Source of the DNA: Patescibacteria group bacterium
GTDB lineage: Bacteria; Patescibacteriota; UBA1384; XYA2-FULL-43-10
Reading direction: 5' to 3'
Assembly (NCBI GenBank): GCA_041674405.1
Contig: JBAYVT010000001.1
Span: 180,001-212,000, forward strand
DNA: 32,000 nt
Positions 1-7,532 of this stretch are shown piece after piece. The notes beneath the pieces are model-generated. The model did not search any database. It was given only the letters and a program-made list of their open reading frames with translations, and was not told where the DNA came from. The position numbers and the translations under genes are program-made. Within the stretch, counting starts at the first letter, position 1, and each line of letters begins with the position of its first letter.

Positions 1-1517
1 GGCTGTTATTCGCATATTTTTCGGTTGTGGACGCAGATCTAACAAGAGCAGCAATTTGGGCAAAATTGAATTTTGCATCTGTAACAATTTTTATCATTCT
101 TTCATATTTTTTTGTAATTAATTTCTTTAAAAAGACTAAAACCACGAGAGCTGTCGATTATGCCATCGTGGCTTTTGGAACTGTATTATTATTTACTGTC
201 ACATTTTCTCGTCTGATAATTGACAGTACTAGCTCGGAAACATGGGGGAATCAAATCAATTATGGTCCTTTGTGGTTATGTTACGTACTTGCCATTAGCC
301 TGATTGGCGGATATTCAGTATTTATTCTGCTCCAAAAATATAAGGATCTCGACACTGAAGGAAAAAGCAAATTAAAGTATTTTCTTGTTGGTGTATTTTT
401 ATTTTTTCTTGGCAACCTAATTTTTAACGCTTTGATAAATTTGATAGTCGATTCAAATAAATTTGACTCTTTCGGTGACTACTCAATCCTTATATTTCTG
501 GGATTTACGGCGTACGCAATTATTAAAGACAAACTTTTTGATATCAAGTTGATTGCAACCCAAATTATTGTTATCGCGCTTTCGGTTTCATTATTGATTG
601 AAGTATTTATTTCCAACACGCTGAGCGAAGGAGCGATAAAGGCTATTATTTGGGGATTGGCAACTTACGGTGGATATTTATTAATCAAGTCAGTTCAGGT
701 TGAAATCAAGCAGCGGGAAGATTTGGCGGTTTTGGCAAAGAAACTTGAAAAGGCAAACGATGATCTTAAAAAAATGGATCAGCTCAAGGATGATTTTATA
801 TCGATGGCATCGCACGAGCTCAATACGCCTGTTTCAGCTATTAAGGGGTATATGTCCATGATCTTGGAGGAGGGGCTTGGCGGCAAAATCCCCGATCAGG
901 TGCGAAGCTATCTCGAGAAGGTATATTCTTCTTCGCAAAGGTTGGCATCCATGATCAAGGATCTTCTCAATGTTTCACGTATTGAATCTGGCAGAATACA
1001 CTTGATCTATGAGCAAAAGCCAATAGAAGAGCTGATAGACCAAGCCATTGGCGAGATTATGTCGAAGGCAAAAGAAGCCAATCATACCCTTGTGTTTAAT
1101 AAACCAGAAAAGGCGTTGCCGCTTACCTGGTTTGATGTGACAAGAATTATGGAAATCCTCATCAATATTATTGGCAATTCAATCAAATATACTGATCCGG
1201 GTGGCAAGATCGAAGTTTCGGCATCAGCCGAGGACAAGCTTATCACTGTTGCGATCAAAGACAATGGCCGCGGTATCCCGAAAGAAAAGCAGGACCAGGT
1301 ATTCTCCAAATTTACTCAGGTTGACGTACTTAAAGATGAGGTCAAAGGCACAGGCCTTGGCATGTACATTTCAAAAGAATTTATTAATCTCCACAAAGGC
1401 AAAATTTGGTTTGAGTCTGATGGCGAAAATAAAGGCACGACGTTTTACTTTTCACTGCCAATTTTGAAGGAGAAACCTCTCGACCCTCACGAAGGAGAAG
1501 GAGCCGTTTTGCACTAG
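1..1517 (+). CDS. Sensor histidine kinase with polytopic membrane N-terminus; probably 5'-truncated by the window edge
   Basis: ORF track 27..1517. The frame stays open back to nt 3 and there is no SD before GTG-27, so the gene likely begins upstream of the window. It has about 6 hydrophobic helices, then a coiled coil, a HisKA H-box 'MASHELNTPVSAIKGY', an HATPase N-box 'IGNSIKYT', G1 'DNGRGIP' and G2 'GTGLGM'. Confidence 0.9.
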   Translation, partial: LLFAYFSVVDADLTRAAIWAKLNFASVTIFIILSYFFVINFFKKTKTTRAVDYAIVAFGTVLLFTVTFSRLIIDSTSSETWGNQINYGPLWLCYVLAISLIGGYSVFILLQKYKDLDTEGKSKLKYFLVGVFLFFLGNLIFNALINLIVDSNKFDSFGDYSILIFLGFTAYAIIKDKLFDIKLIATQIIVIALSVSLLIEVFISNTLSEGAIKAIIWGLATYGGYLLIKSVQVEIKQREDLAVLAKKLEKANDDLKKMDQLKDDFISMASHELNTPVSAIKGYMSMILEEGLGGKIPDQVRSYLEKVYSSSQRLASMIKDLLNVSRIESGRIHLIYEQKPIEELIDQAIGEIMSKAKEANHTLVFNKPEKALPLTWFDVTRIMEILINIIGNSIKYTDPGGKIEVSASAEDKLITVAIKDNGRGIPKEKQDQVFSKFTQVDVLKDEVKGTGLGMYISKEFINLHKGKIWFESDGENKGTTFYFSLPILKEKPLDPHEGEGAVLH

Positions 1518-1525
1518 CAAAACGG
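1504..1525 (+). terminator. Hairpin spanning the kinase stop codon (weak terminator candidate)
   Basis: Perfect 9-bp stem CCGTTTTGC-acta-GCAAAACGG. The TAG stop lies in the loop/stem. No U-tract follows, so terminator function is uncertain. Confidence 0.3.
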
Positions 1526-1729
1526 AATGACAAATTCCTAATATCAAATGTCTAATAAATTGGATATATTTCCGTATTAGTCCTAGGTAAATTGAACTAA
1601 GCTAGAACTTAGATGTCTTTCGATTGCACTCGGGATCAATGCCCCTGTCATTTAATGAAGTATTTGGGAATTATTAGCTTCTGTAAAAGATAATTCTGCC
1701 AAGTACTTGTGCCGAGCGAAGTCGAGGCA

Positions 1730-1758
1730 TTGACATTATGTAAAGTATACTTTACATT
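1730..1758 (+). promoter_or_regulatory. Candidate sigma70-type promoter of dnaK
   Basis: TTGACA (1730-1735), 17-nt spacer, TACATT (1753-1758). It lies about 225 nt upstream of the dnaK ATG. Confidence 0.5.
1739..1756. promoter_or_regulatory. Perfect 18-bp palindrome (operator candidate) overlapping the dnaK promoter spacer and -10
   Basis: TGTAAAGTATACTTTACA equals its own reverse complement. It sits between the -35 and across the -10 of the candidate promoter. It is not a CIRCE or HAIR consensus. Confidence 0.55.
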
Positions 1759-1784
1759 TATAAAGAAGGTCAATTTGCCGGCCT

Positions 1785-1936
1785 GGCTCCTTACCAAGGA
1801 GTTGCCTACCCCCTCCGGGCGGCTCCTTGGTAAGGGGTCGGGTCACCATAATCCAAAGCAGATTGGCCTTCAGCCAAACACAACCCGACTAAAGAACCAA
1901 AGAACGCAAGAACAAGTATTCAACAAAGTGGTTCTT
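1785..1936 (+). promoter_or_regulatory. Highly structured 5' leader of dnaK (three consecutive stems); function unknown
   Basis: Stem A pairs 1789-1801 CCTTACCAAGGAG with 1823-1835 CTCCTTGGTAAGG (13 bp perfect, extendable with G:U pairs to 1785/1839). Stem B pairs 1837-1843 GTCGGGT with 1883-1889 ACCCGAC and encloses the TTGGC-cttca-GCCAA hairpin. Stem C pairs 1892-1899 AAGAACCA with 1929-1936 TGGTTCTT. Confidence 0.45.
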
Positions 1937-1981
1937 GGGTTCATTAGTCCATAAGTTCTTAAGTTTCTACGAAGGAGAAAA

Positions 1982-3880
1982 ATGGGTAAAATTATCGGAA
2001 TTGACTTGGGTACGACAAACTCTGCCGTTGCCGTAATGGAAGGCGGAGAAGCCAAAATTATTACGACTGCCGAAGGCGGGCGCACTTGTCCATCAATTGT
2101 CGCCGAGACTAAAAAAGGCGATCGCCTCGTTGGGCAACTGGCCAAAAGGCAGGCTGTGACCAATGCAGAAAACACGATTTTTTCAGTAAAGCGCTTCATC
2201 GGCCGCAATTTTGACGACAAGGAAGCACAGGCTGACCTTAAAAAAATGCCTTACAAAACAATGAAGGCCTCCGACGGTTCAATCCGCGTTGTCATGAATG
2301 GTAAGGAATATAGCCCGCAGGAAGTTTCAGCTTTTACCTTGCAAAAATTAAAGACAGATGCCGAAACATATCTTGGCGAGAAGGTCACAGACGCCGTAAT
2401 CACCGTCCCAGCCTACTTCAATGATGCACAAAGACAGGCTACCAAGGATGCGGGCAAAATCGCTGGTCTTGACGTGAAACGAATTATCAACGAACCTACT
2501 GCCGCTTCGCTTGCTTATGGCCTCGATAAGAAAAAAAATGAAAAGATCGCAGTTTATGATCTCGGTGGTGGAACTTTTGATATTACCATCCTTGAGCTCG
2601 GCGATGGCGTTTTCGAAGTCAAGGCGACCAATGGTGACACTCATCTCGGTGGTGATGACTTCGATCAACGCATCATGGACTTTATTATCGATGAGTTCAA
2701 AAAGGATCAGGGGATCGATCTTCACTCAGACACGGCTGCGCTTCAGCGTATAAAAGAAGCCGCAGAAAAAGCCAAAATTGAGCTTTCTTCGACAACCGAA
2801 ACTGAAATTAATCTGCCATTTATTACTGCCGATGCTTCCGGCCCGAAGCATCTGACGATGAATATTACCCGAGCCAAACTCGAAGATATCGTCGGCGAAT
2901 TAATCGAAGCAACTCTTAAGCCATGTGAAACTGTGATGAAAGACGCCGGCGTTACCGCCAAGGATATCAATGAAGTGATTCTTGTGGGTGGTATGACCAG
3001 GATGCCTAAGGTTCGCGAAACAGTGAAAAAGTTTTTTGACAAAGAGCCAAACCATTCCGTAAACCCGGACGAGGCTGTGGCAATCGGCGCTGCAATTCAA
3101 GGTGGAATCTTGGGCGGTGAGGTTAAGGACCTTCTTCTTCTCGATGTCACTCCCCTATCTCTCGGAATTGAAACACTCGGTGGCGTGATGACCAAGCTTA
3201 TAGACAAAAACACGACTATTCCGACTTCAAAATCACAGATTTTCTCAACAGCAGCAGACAACCAGACACAAGTTGATATCCATGTCCTTCAGGGCGAGCG
3301 CGAAATGGCTGCTGACAACCGCACGCTTGGCCGATTTGTCCTCGATGGCATTCCTCCAGCTCCACGAGGCATCCCGCAAGTTGAAGTCTCCTTTGACATT
3401 GATGCTAATGGCATAGTGAATGTGAAAGCAACGGATAAGGCCACTAACAAAGAGCAAAAAATTACAATCACCAGCTCCTCCGGCCTTTCCGACGAAGACA
3501 TCGAGAAAATGAAGAAGGATGCTGAACTTCACGCCGAAGAAGACAAGAAGAAAAAAGAACTTATTGATGCCAGAAATATGGCTGACAGCTTGATTTTCAC
3601 TGCCGAGAAGACTATCAAAGATGCCGGAGAAAAAGCTGACTCGAATCTAAAGAGCGACGTTGAGAGCAAGATTGAGGCCCTAAAGGGAGTAAAAGAGAGC
3701 GACAACACAGAAGAAATCAAGACTCAAACCGAATCACTATCAAAATCGCTTCAGGAACTGGGCGCAAAGATGTACGAACAGGCTGGACCGCAACAAGCCC
3801 CTGAAAAACCGGAAAATGAAAGTAAAGATGGTGCTAGCAAAGAGGAAAAGCCAGACGACAAGGGAGAAGAAAATAAATAA
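1982..3880 (+). CDS. dnaK: Molecular chaperone DnaK (Hsp70)
   Basis: 632 aa with hallmark motifs '[13 protein letters not shown]', 'DLGGGTFD' and '[11 protein letters not shown]', plus an acidic C-terminal lid/tail. SD GAAGGAGA lies just upstream of the ATG. Confidence 0.98.
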   Translation: MGKIIGIDLGTTNSAVAVMEGGEAKIITTAEGGRTCPSIVAETKKGDRLVGQLAKRQAVTNAENTIFSVKRFIGRNFDDKEAQADLKKMPYKTMKASDGSIRVVMNGKEYSPQEVSAFTLQKLKTDAETYLGEKVTDAVITVPAYFNDAQRQATKDAGKIAGLDVKRIINEPTAASLAYGLDKKKNEKIAVYDLGGGTFDITILELGDGVFEVKATNGDTHLGGDDFDQRIMDFIIDEFKKDQGIDLHSDTAALQRIKEAAEKAKIELSSTTETEINLPFITADASGPKHLTMNITRAKLEDIVGELIEATLKPCETVMKDAGVTAKDINEVILVGGMTRMPKVRETVKKFFDKEPNHSVNPDEAVAIGAAIQGGILGGEVKDLLLLDVTPLSLGIETLGGVMTKLIDKNTTIPTSKSQIFSTAADNQTQVDIHVLQGEREMAADNRTLGRFVLDGIPPAPRGIPQVEVSFDIDANGIVNVKATDKATNKEQKITITSSSGLSDEDIEKMKKDAELHAEEDKKKKELIDARNMADSLIFTAEKTIKDAGEKADSNLKSDVESKIEALKGVKESDNTEEIKTQTESLSKSLQELGAKMYEQAGPQQAPEKPENESKDGASKEEKPDDKGEENK

Positions 3881-3896
3881 ATTTTGGCGAATTGGC

Positions 3897-3925
3897 CCCG
3901 ACCTTGCTGGTCGGGCCGATTCTTG
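3897..3925 (+). terminator. Candidate intrinsic terminator after dnaK
   Basis: Stem CCCGACC (3897-3903) / GGTCGGG (3909-3915) with loop ttgct, followed by a T-containing but weak tail (ccgattcttg). Confidence 0.45.
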
Positions 3926-3983
3926 ATAGAATTGCAATAAGCTAACAGCGATAAGTTAAGGATGTAAGCTTATAGGAGGGGCA

Positions 3984-4676
3984 ATGTTGGATATCTTCAA
4001 AAGGCCAATTACCGTCATTATCATTGTTGGGGCGATTGTGATCGCCCTTATCTGGTCATATGTTGACAAGAGAATTCAATCCAATAAGGAAGCTGCGGAA
4101 GCTAAAAAAATTACCGATGCCGCTCAGATCATTACCAATCTTACCAATATAGATCCCAAAGATTACGATGAATTAGTGAAGGCTGAATATCAGAAAGCAG
4201 TTACGAATGCGACAGCAGCTGATCCAAATAATGCATTTTCGGCGTTGGTGGTAGAATTGCCAGGCGACCTTGCCTTAAACTCGGGAAATGACAGATTTGT
4301 TTTTACTTCTCCGGACAATGCTGCAAATAACTGGACCATCACATTTTCTGAGCTTACCGGCAACTTTATTCGGGCAATAATTCCCAAAAGCGATTATTTA
4401 GGGGAACTGAAGCCGGTAAATACAAACCTATGGAAATTCCAATATGTGACGGCAATTCAAATTGCCGAACAAAATGGCGGAAAGACTTTTCGTGAAAACA
4501 ATTCTTTGACCGGAGTTACACTTACCCTGAAGCACGGAGACCCGAATAATTGGCTGGCATGGACAGTCGAATACAACAGCAAGGATAATAAATTTGTAAA
4601 ACAGGTTGATGCCAATTCCGGAAAAACGATTGATTCAATTTCAACTACCGGAGATCAAGCATCTTCTGTCCAGTAA
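3984..4676 (+). CDS. Membrane-anchored hypothetical protein with PepSY-like C-terminal region
   Basis: SD AGGAGG lies before the ATG. There is an N-terminal TM helix (ITVIIIVGAIVIALIW). The C-terminal pattern 'YVTAIQIAEQNGG...VTLTLKH...WTVEY...VDANSGKTI' resembles PepSY; this is a by-eye call. Confidence 0.7.
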   Translation: MLDIFKRPITVIIIVGAIVIALIWSYVDKRIQSNKEAAEAKKITDAAQIITNLTNIDPKDYDELVKAEYQKAVTNATAADPNNAFSALVVELPGDLALNSGNDRFVFTSPDNAANNWTITFSELTGNFIRAIIPKSDYLGELKPVNTNLWKFQYVTAIQIAEQNGGKTFRENNSLTGVTLTLKHGDPNNWLAWTVEYNSKDNKFVKQVDANSGKTIDSISTTGDQASSVQ

Positions 4677-4769
4677 TTCAAATCTCAAATTTCAAATCTC
4701 AAAAATAAGGAATTAAATATTTAAATATTTGAGATGAAATTTTGACTTTTGAAATTTAAGTTTTGAGAT
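4677..4769. repeat. Intergenic word repeats: 2x TTCAAATCTCAAA (direct) and 2x TTTGAGAT (inverted)
   Basis: Direct copies at 4677-4689 and 4691-4703. Inverted partial copies at 4728-4735 and 4762-4769; the last sits immediately 5' of the dnaJ-like start. The palindrome AATATTTAAATATT lies between them. Confidence 0.7.
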
Positions 4770-4774
4770 ATATC

Positions 4775-5437
4775 ATGTCCAAGGATTACTATAAAATTCT
4801 AGGAGTGGACAAGAGGGCTTCCGCCGACGAAATCAAAAAAACATATCGGAAGCTTGCTTTGGAATGTCATCCGGATCGAGGCGGAGGAGACAAAGCGGAA
4901 GAGAAATTCAAAGAACTGAACGAAGCTTATCAAGTTCTTTCGGATTCACAGAAACGGGCACAATACGATCAATTTGGCTCAACATTCGCAGGCGGACAGG
5001 GCAGCGGTGGATTTGGCGGTTTCGATTTTGGCGGATTCCAAGGGCAAGATTTCGGTGGATTCGGTCCCGAAGGGGCCCACTTTGGGGGCTTTGGCGGCGG
5101 CGGGCTTGGCGATATATTTGATGATTTCTTTGGTGCTGCTTTTTCATCCGTGTCTGCTGAGATTGAGATTGGCCCCGCGCAAGCTGTTCTCGGTGAAAAA
5201 ATTTCGATCAATGTTAGTGGTGAAAATATTGAACTAAATATCCCACCTGGCATTCAGGATGGAACTACTTTTCGGTTTCTTGGCAAGGGTCGCGCATACA
5301 ACAAGTCGGGTAAGAAAGGCGATCTCAATGTGATAGTGCACATAAAAATGCCTCAAAGAATCACACCGGAGCAAAAGGAGCTATGGGAGAAGCTTAAGGA
5401 AGCCGAATCAAAGAAGAAATCTTGGTGGCAACGCTAG
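4775..5437 (+). CDS. J-domain co-chaperone, DnaJ-like but lacking the zinc-finger domain
   Basis: J domain 'DYYKILGV...HPDRGGG' (HPD motif), a G/F-rich linker, and one C-terminal DnaJ-type segment ('[17 protein letters not shown]...[12 protein letters not shown]'). There are no CxxCxGxG repeats. ATG-4775 gives the canonical N-terminus; the track's TTG-4763 adds 4 aa. Confidence 0.88.
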   Translation: MSKDYYKILGVDKRASADEIKKTYRKLALECHPDRGGGDKAEEKFKELNEAYQVLSDSQKRAQYDQFGSTFAGGQGSGGFGGFDFGGFQGQDFGGFGPEGAHFGGFGGGGLGDIFDDFFGAAFSSVSAEIEIGPAQAVLGEKISINVSGENIELNIPPGIQDGTTFRFLGKGRAYNKSGKKGDLNVIVHIKMPQRITPEQKELWEKLKEAESKKKSWWQR

Positions 5438-5453
5438 CTGCGCTACGCGCTAG
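5434..5453 (+). terminator. GC-rich hairpin at the dnaJ-like stop codon
   Basis: CTAGC-t-GCG-cta-CGC-GCTAG. The TAG stop (5435-5437) lies inside the stem. No clear U-tract. Confidence 0.3.
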
Positions 5454-5456
5454 TCT

Positions 5457-5529
5457 AAAGAGAAAAGATGAAAGTGTAAAGACAATTAATTTGTTTTTTT
5501 AAGCTTTTCTCTTTCCACTTTACACTTTC
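5457..5529. repeat. Interleaved inverted repeat (two words, order swapped) between convergent genes
   Basis: W1 AAAGAGAAAAG (5457-5467) and W2 GAAAGTGTAAAG (5470-5481). Their exact reverse complements are at 5504-5514 (W1') and 5518-5529 (W2'). The order is W1-W2...W1'-W2', not a nested hairpin. Confidence 0.7.
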
Positions 5530-5536
5530 CACTAAT

Positions 5537-5902
5537 TTATGCTGCCTCCGGCATTTGATCTTGCGATTCTAGAAATCTTAAATCATCTTCATCTGCGGCC
5601 GTGTCTTGACCCAGTGAACGCTCATTTTCAATCTTTCTTTGAAGAAAATGCTCGATTTCCCGCCGATCTTTGCCTTCTCGGAGAATTTTAATCATATTCT
5701 CCAGCGTTTGGATCTCGCTCTCGTTGATATGATACAGGCCGCCCTGTTCTCCATGAAGGGCTCGATCAACTTGCTGTTCACGATCGATTCTTCCCTTTAC
5801 CCGTTCAATTTCGCTCTCGAGATCCGAGATTAGCCGGTTACAGATCGACCGCTCCCGATCCACAGTTTCTTCTTCTGGAGCGGCTTCTGTTTCAATCGCC
5901 AT
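5537..5902 (-). CDS. Acidic coiled-coil hypothetical protein (121 aa)
   Basis: ORF track 5537..5953. I prefer the internal ATG at 5902 because it is preceded by GGAGGG (aaggaaaaaggagggatcATG) and avoids overlap with the obg 3' end. No family recognised. Confidence 0.6.
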   Translation of the reverse strand: MAIETEAAPEEETVDRERSICNRLISDLESEIERVKGRIDREQQVDRALHGEQGGLYHINESEIQTLENMIKILREGKDRREIEHFLQRKIENERSLGQDTAADEDDLRFLESQDQMPEAA

Positions 5903-5918
5903 GATCCCTCCTTTTTCC

Positions 5919-7322
5919 TTATAATTTGTCAATTTTAGAACTGATTGAAGCAAAATAATCTTTGATATTTTGATAATTTAAGTTTTCTTTGACCTCATTC
6001 AGCAACACCCAAACAGGAATTTCGTCGGTTTCTTTTTCTCCAAGATCCACTTTCTCTGATCTAAAAAGAAACATTTTACAGGTGATTCCTTTCGGGTTCA
6101 TTTTATTTACATACTCGAAATCGGGCAGATCAGTTCCATCAGACACTACAACCCCGGTTTCTTCAAATATCTCTCTGATAGCCGCTTTCTTTTCATCTTC
6201 TCCAGGCTCTAAGTGGCCTTTTGGAAATGAAAACTCATTGTTGTGACGCGGCCGCTGGATCATCAGAACATATTTTTTGCCTTGGCGCTCCAACACAACT
6301 ATTCCGCCTGATTTTAGAGTGTGCCCTGCTGGATTTTTTACTTTATTTGGATGATTCAGCTCCGAAAGAATAACTTTTATTAATTCTTCTATACCTTTAT
6401 TAGCTGCGGCAGAAATCGGAATAGCAACCACGCTAATTTCTTCAAATTGCCCGATTTTTGACTTGATGTTTTCTGAAGATTCAACATCGGTTTTATTTAA
6501 TACAACAATTTCATTTTTGCTGCTTAAGTTTTTTGAAAATTCCTCAAGCTCCTTGCGAATTGTTTTGTAATCACGAATCACATCGTCACTCATCGAATCA
6601 ATCACATGCACAAGCAAATTGGTGCGCTCGATATGTTTTAGGAATCGATCGCCAAGCCCACGTCCAGCCGATGCTCCTTCAATCAAGCCAGGGATGTCGG
6701 CGACAATAACATTGCGATCTATACCCTTAATAACCCCTAGATTCGGCGTAAGCGTAGTAAAGGGATAGTCGGCAACTTTCGGCCTAGCATTGGAAATAAC
6801 CGATAAGAGAGTTGACTTACCAGCATTTGGAAGGCCGATGAGCCCTACATCTGCGATCATTTTAAGTTCCAGGTTTAAACGTTTTGATTCTCCGAATAAG
6901 CCCTTTTTTGACCATTTTGGAGCTTGTTTGATCGAGGTGGCAAAATGTACATTTCCCCAGCCGCCTTGCCCCCCACTTACTGCGACGTATGAACCGGCAT
7001 CACCCGCTAGATCAGCTACCAATTTATCATCTTCAAATATTTGTGTGCCTAGGGGCACATTCAATTTAAGATCATCGCCGTTTTTGCCGTGCATTTTTTT
7101 ACCCATTCCATTTTGGCCATTTTCCGCACTGAATTTTCTGATGCGGTTAAAATAAGACAGATCCGATGTGTGTGAATCGGCAGAGATGATGACACTGCCA
7201 CCATTTCCTCCATCTCCCCCATCGGGCCCACCTTTTGGAACATATTTTTCATGGCGAAAAGAGGCAGACCCATCTCCGCCATTGCCGGCTTTCACATAAA
7301 TTTTCGCTTCATCAAAAAACAT
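5919..7322 (-). CDS. obg: GTPase Obg/CgtA fused to a C-terminal Nudix hydrolase domain
   Basis: Glycine-rich Obg fold ('GGDGGNGGSV'), G1 'GLPNAGKST', G3 'DIPGLIEGA' and G4 'NKTD'. The C-terminal ~130 aa carry a perfect Nudix box 'GHLEPGEDEKKAAIREIFEETGV' (6150-6218). The canonical N-terminus MFFDEAKIY starts at ATG-7322; the track start at 7355 adds 11 aa. Confidence 0.92.
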   Translation of the reverse strand: MFFDEAKIYVKAGNGGDGSASFRHEKYVPKGGPDGGDGGNGGSVIISADSHTSDLSYFNRIRKFSAENGQNGMGKKMHGKNGDDLKLNVPLGTQIFEDDKLVADLAGDAGSYVAVSGGQGGWGNVHFATSIKQAPKWSKKGLFGESKRLNLELKMIADVGLIGLPNAGKSTLLSVISNARPKVADYPFTTLTPNLGVIKGIDRNVIVADIPGLIEGASAGRGLGDRFLKHIERTNLLVHVIDSMSDDVIRDYKTIRKELEEFSKNLSSKNEIVVLNKTDVESSENIKSKIGQFEEISVVAIPISAAANKGIEELIKVILSELNHPNKVKNPAGHTLKSGGIVVLERQGKKYVLMIQRPRHNNEFSFPKGHLEPGEDEKKAAIREIFEETGVVVSDGTDLPDFEYVNKMNPKGITCKMFLFRSEKVDLGEKETDEIPVWVLLNEVKENLNYQNIKDYFASISSKIDKL

Positions 7323-7327
7323 GACTT

Positions 7328-7432
7328 TCACAGAATGGTTATCACAGAATTTCACAGAATTGATTGCAGCATGGATTCATGAGATTCACAGAAATGATAT
7401 TTTTCTGTGTCTTTCTGTGTGATTTTTCTGTG
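7328..7432. repeat. Array of 7 copies of an 7-8 nt word in the obg leader (4x TCACAGAA, 3x TTCTGTG on the plus strand)
   Basis: TCACAGAA at 7328, 7342, 7352 and 7386. The inverted TTCTGTG at 7403, 7413 and 7426. On the obg (minus) strand this reads 3x CACAGAA followed by 4x TTCTGTGA. Confidence 0.8.
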
Positions 7433-7467
7433 CAGTAATTTCCTATTATTATATTCTATAATAACAC

Positions 7468-7495
7468 AAAATCCCTCATGAAGCTAGGGATTTTT
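7468..7495. terminator. Bidirectional intrinsic terminator downstream of the LysM-CHAP gene
   Basis: AAAATCCCT-catgaagct-AGGGATTTTT: a 9-bp stem flanked by an A-run and a T-run, so a U-tract is present on either strand. Confidence 0.7.
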
Positions 7496-7532
7496 GCATT
7501 TATACTACAGACTAAGGACTACAAACTACGGA

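Noticed and set aside
1709-1954. 81-aa plus-strand ORF in the dnaK upstream region
   Set aside because: It begins upstream of the candidate promoter and runs through the palindrome and the RNA stems. It has no SD, and its composition is odd (basic and low complexity). The region is better explained as a promoter plus structured leader.
1700-1981. CIRCE (HrcA) or HAIR (HspR) heat-shock operators upstream of dnaK
   Set aside because: I looked for TTAGCACTC-N9-GAGTGCTAA and CTTGAGT-N7-ACTCAAG. Neither is present; only the unrelated 18-bp palindrome is.
4975-5125. GGC/GGT/TTC periodic low-complexity DNA that looks like a tandem repeat
   Set aside because: It is simply the Gly/Phe-rich linker of the DnaJ-like protein read in frame, not an independent repeat element.
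6260-6266. CUGAUGA heptamer (minus strand) within obg next to a GCGGCCGC palindrome
   Set aside because: No GAAA core strand follows the putative helix II, and no complementary helix I/III arms are present. It is a chance heptamer in coding sequence.
7328-7432. The CACAGAA array as a possible CRISPR or mini-CRISPR
   Set aside because: The repeat unit is only 7-8 nt. Spacing is irregular (2-26 nt) and the copies are in both orientations. There are no cas genes. It is not a CRISPR array.
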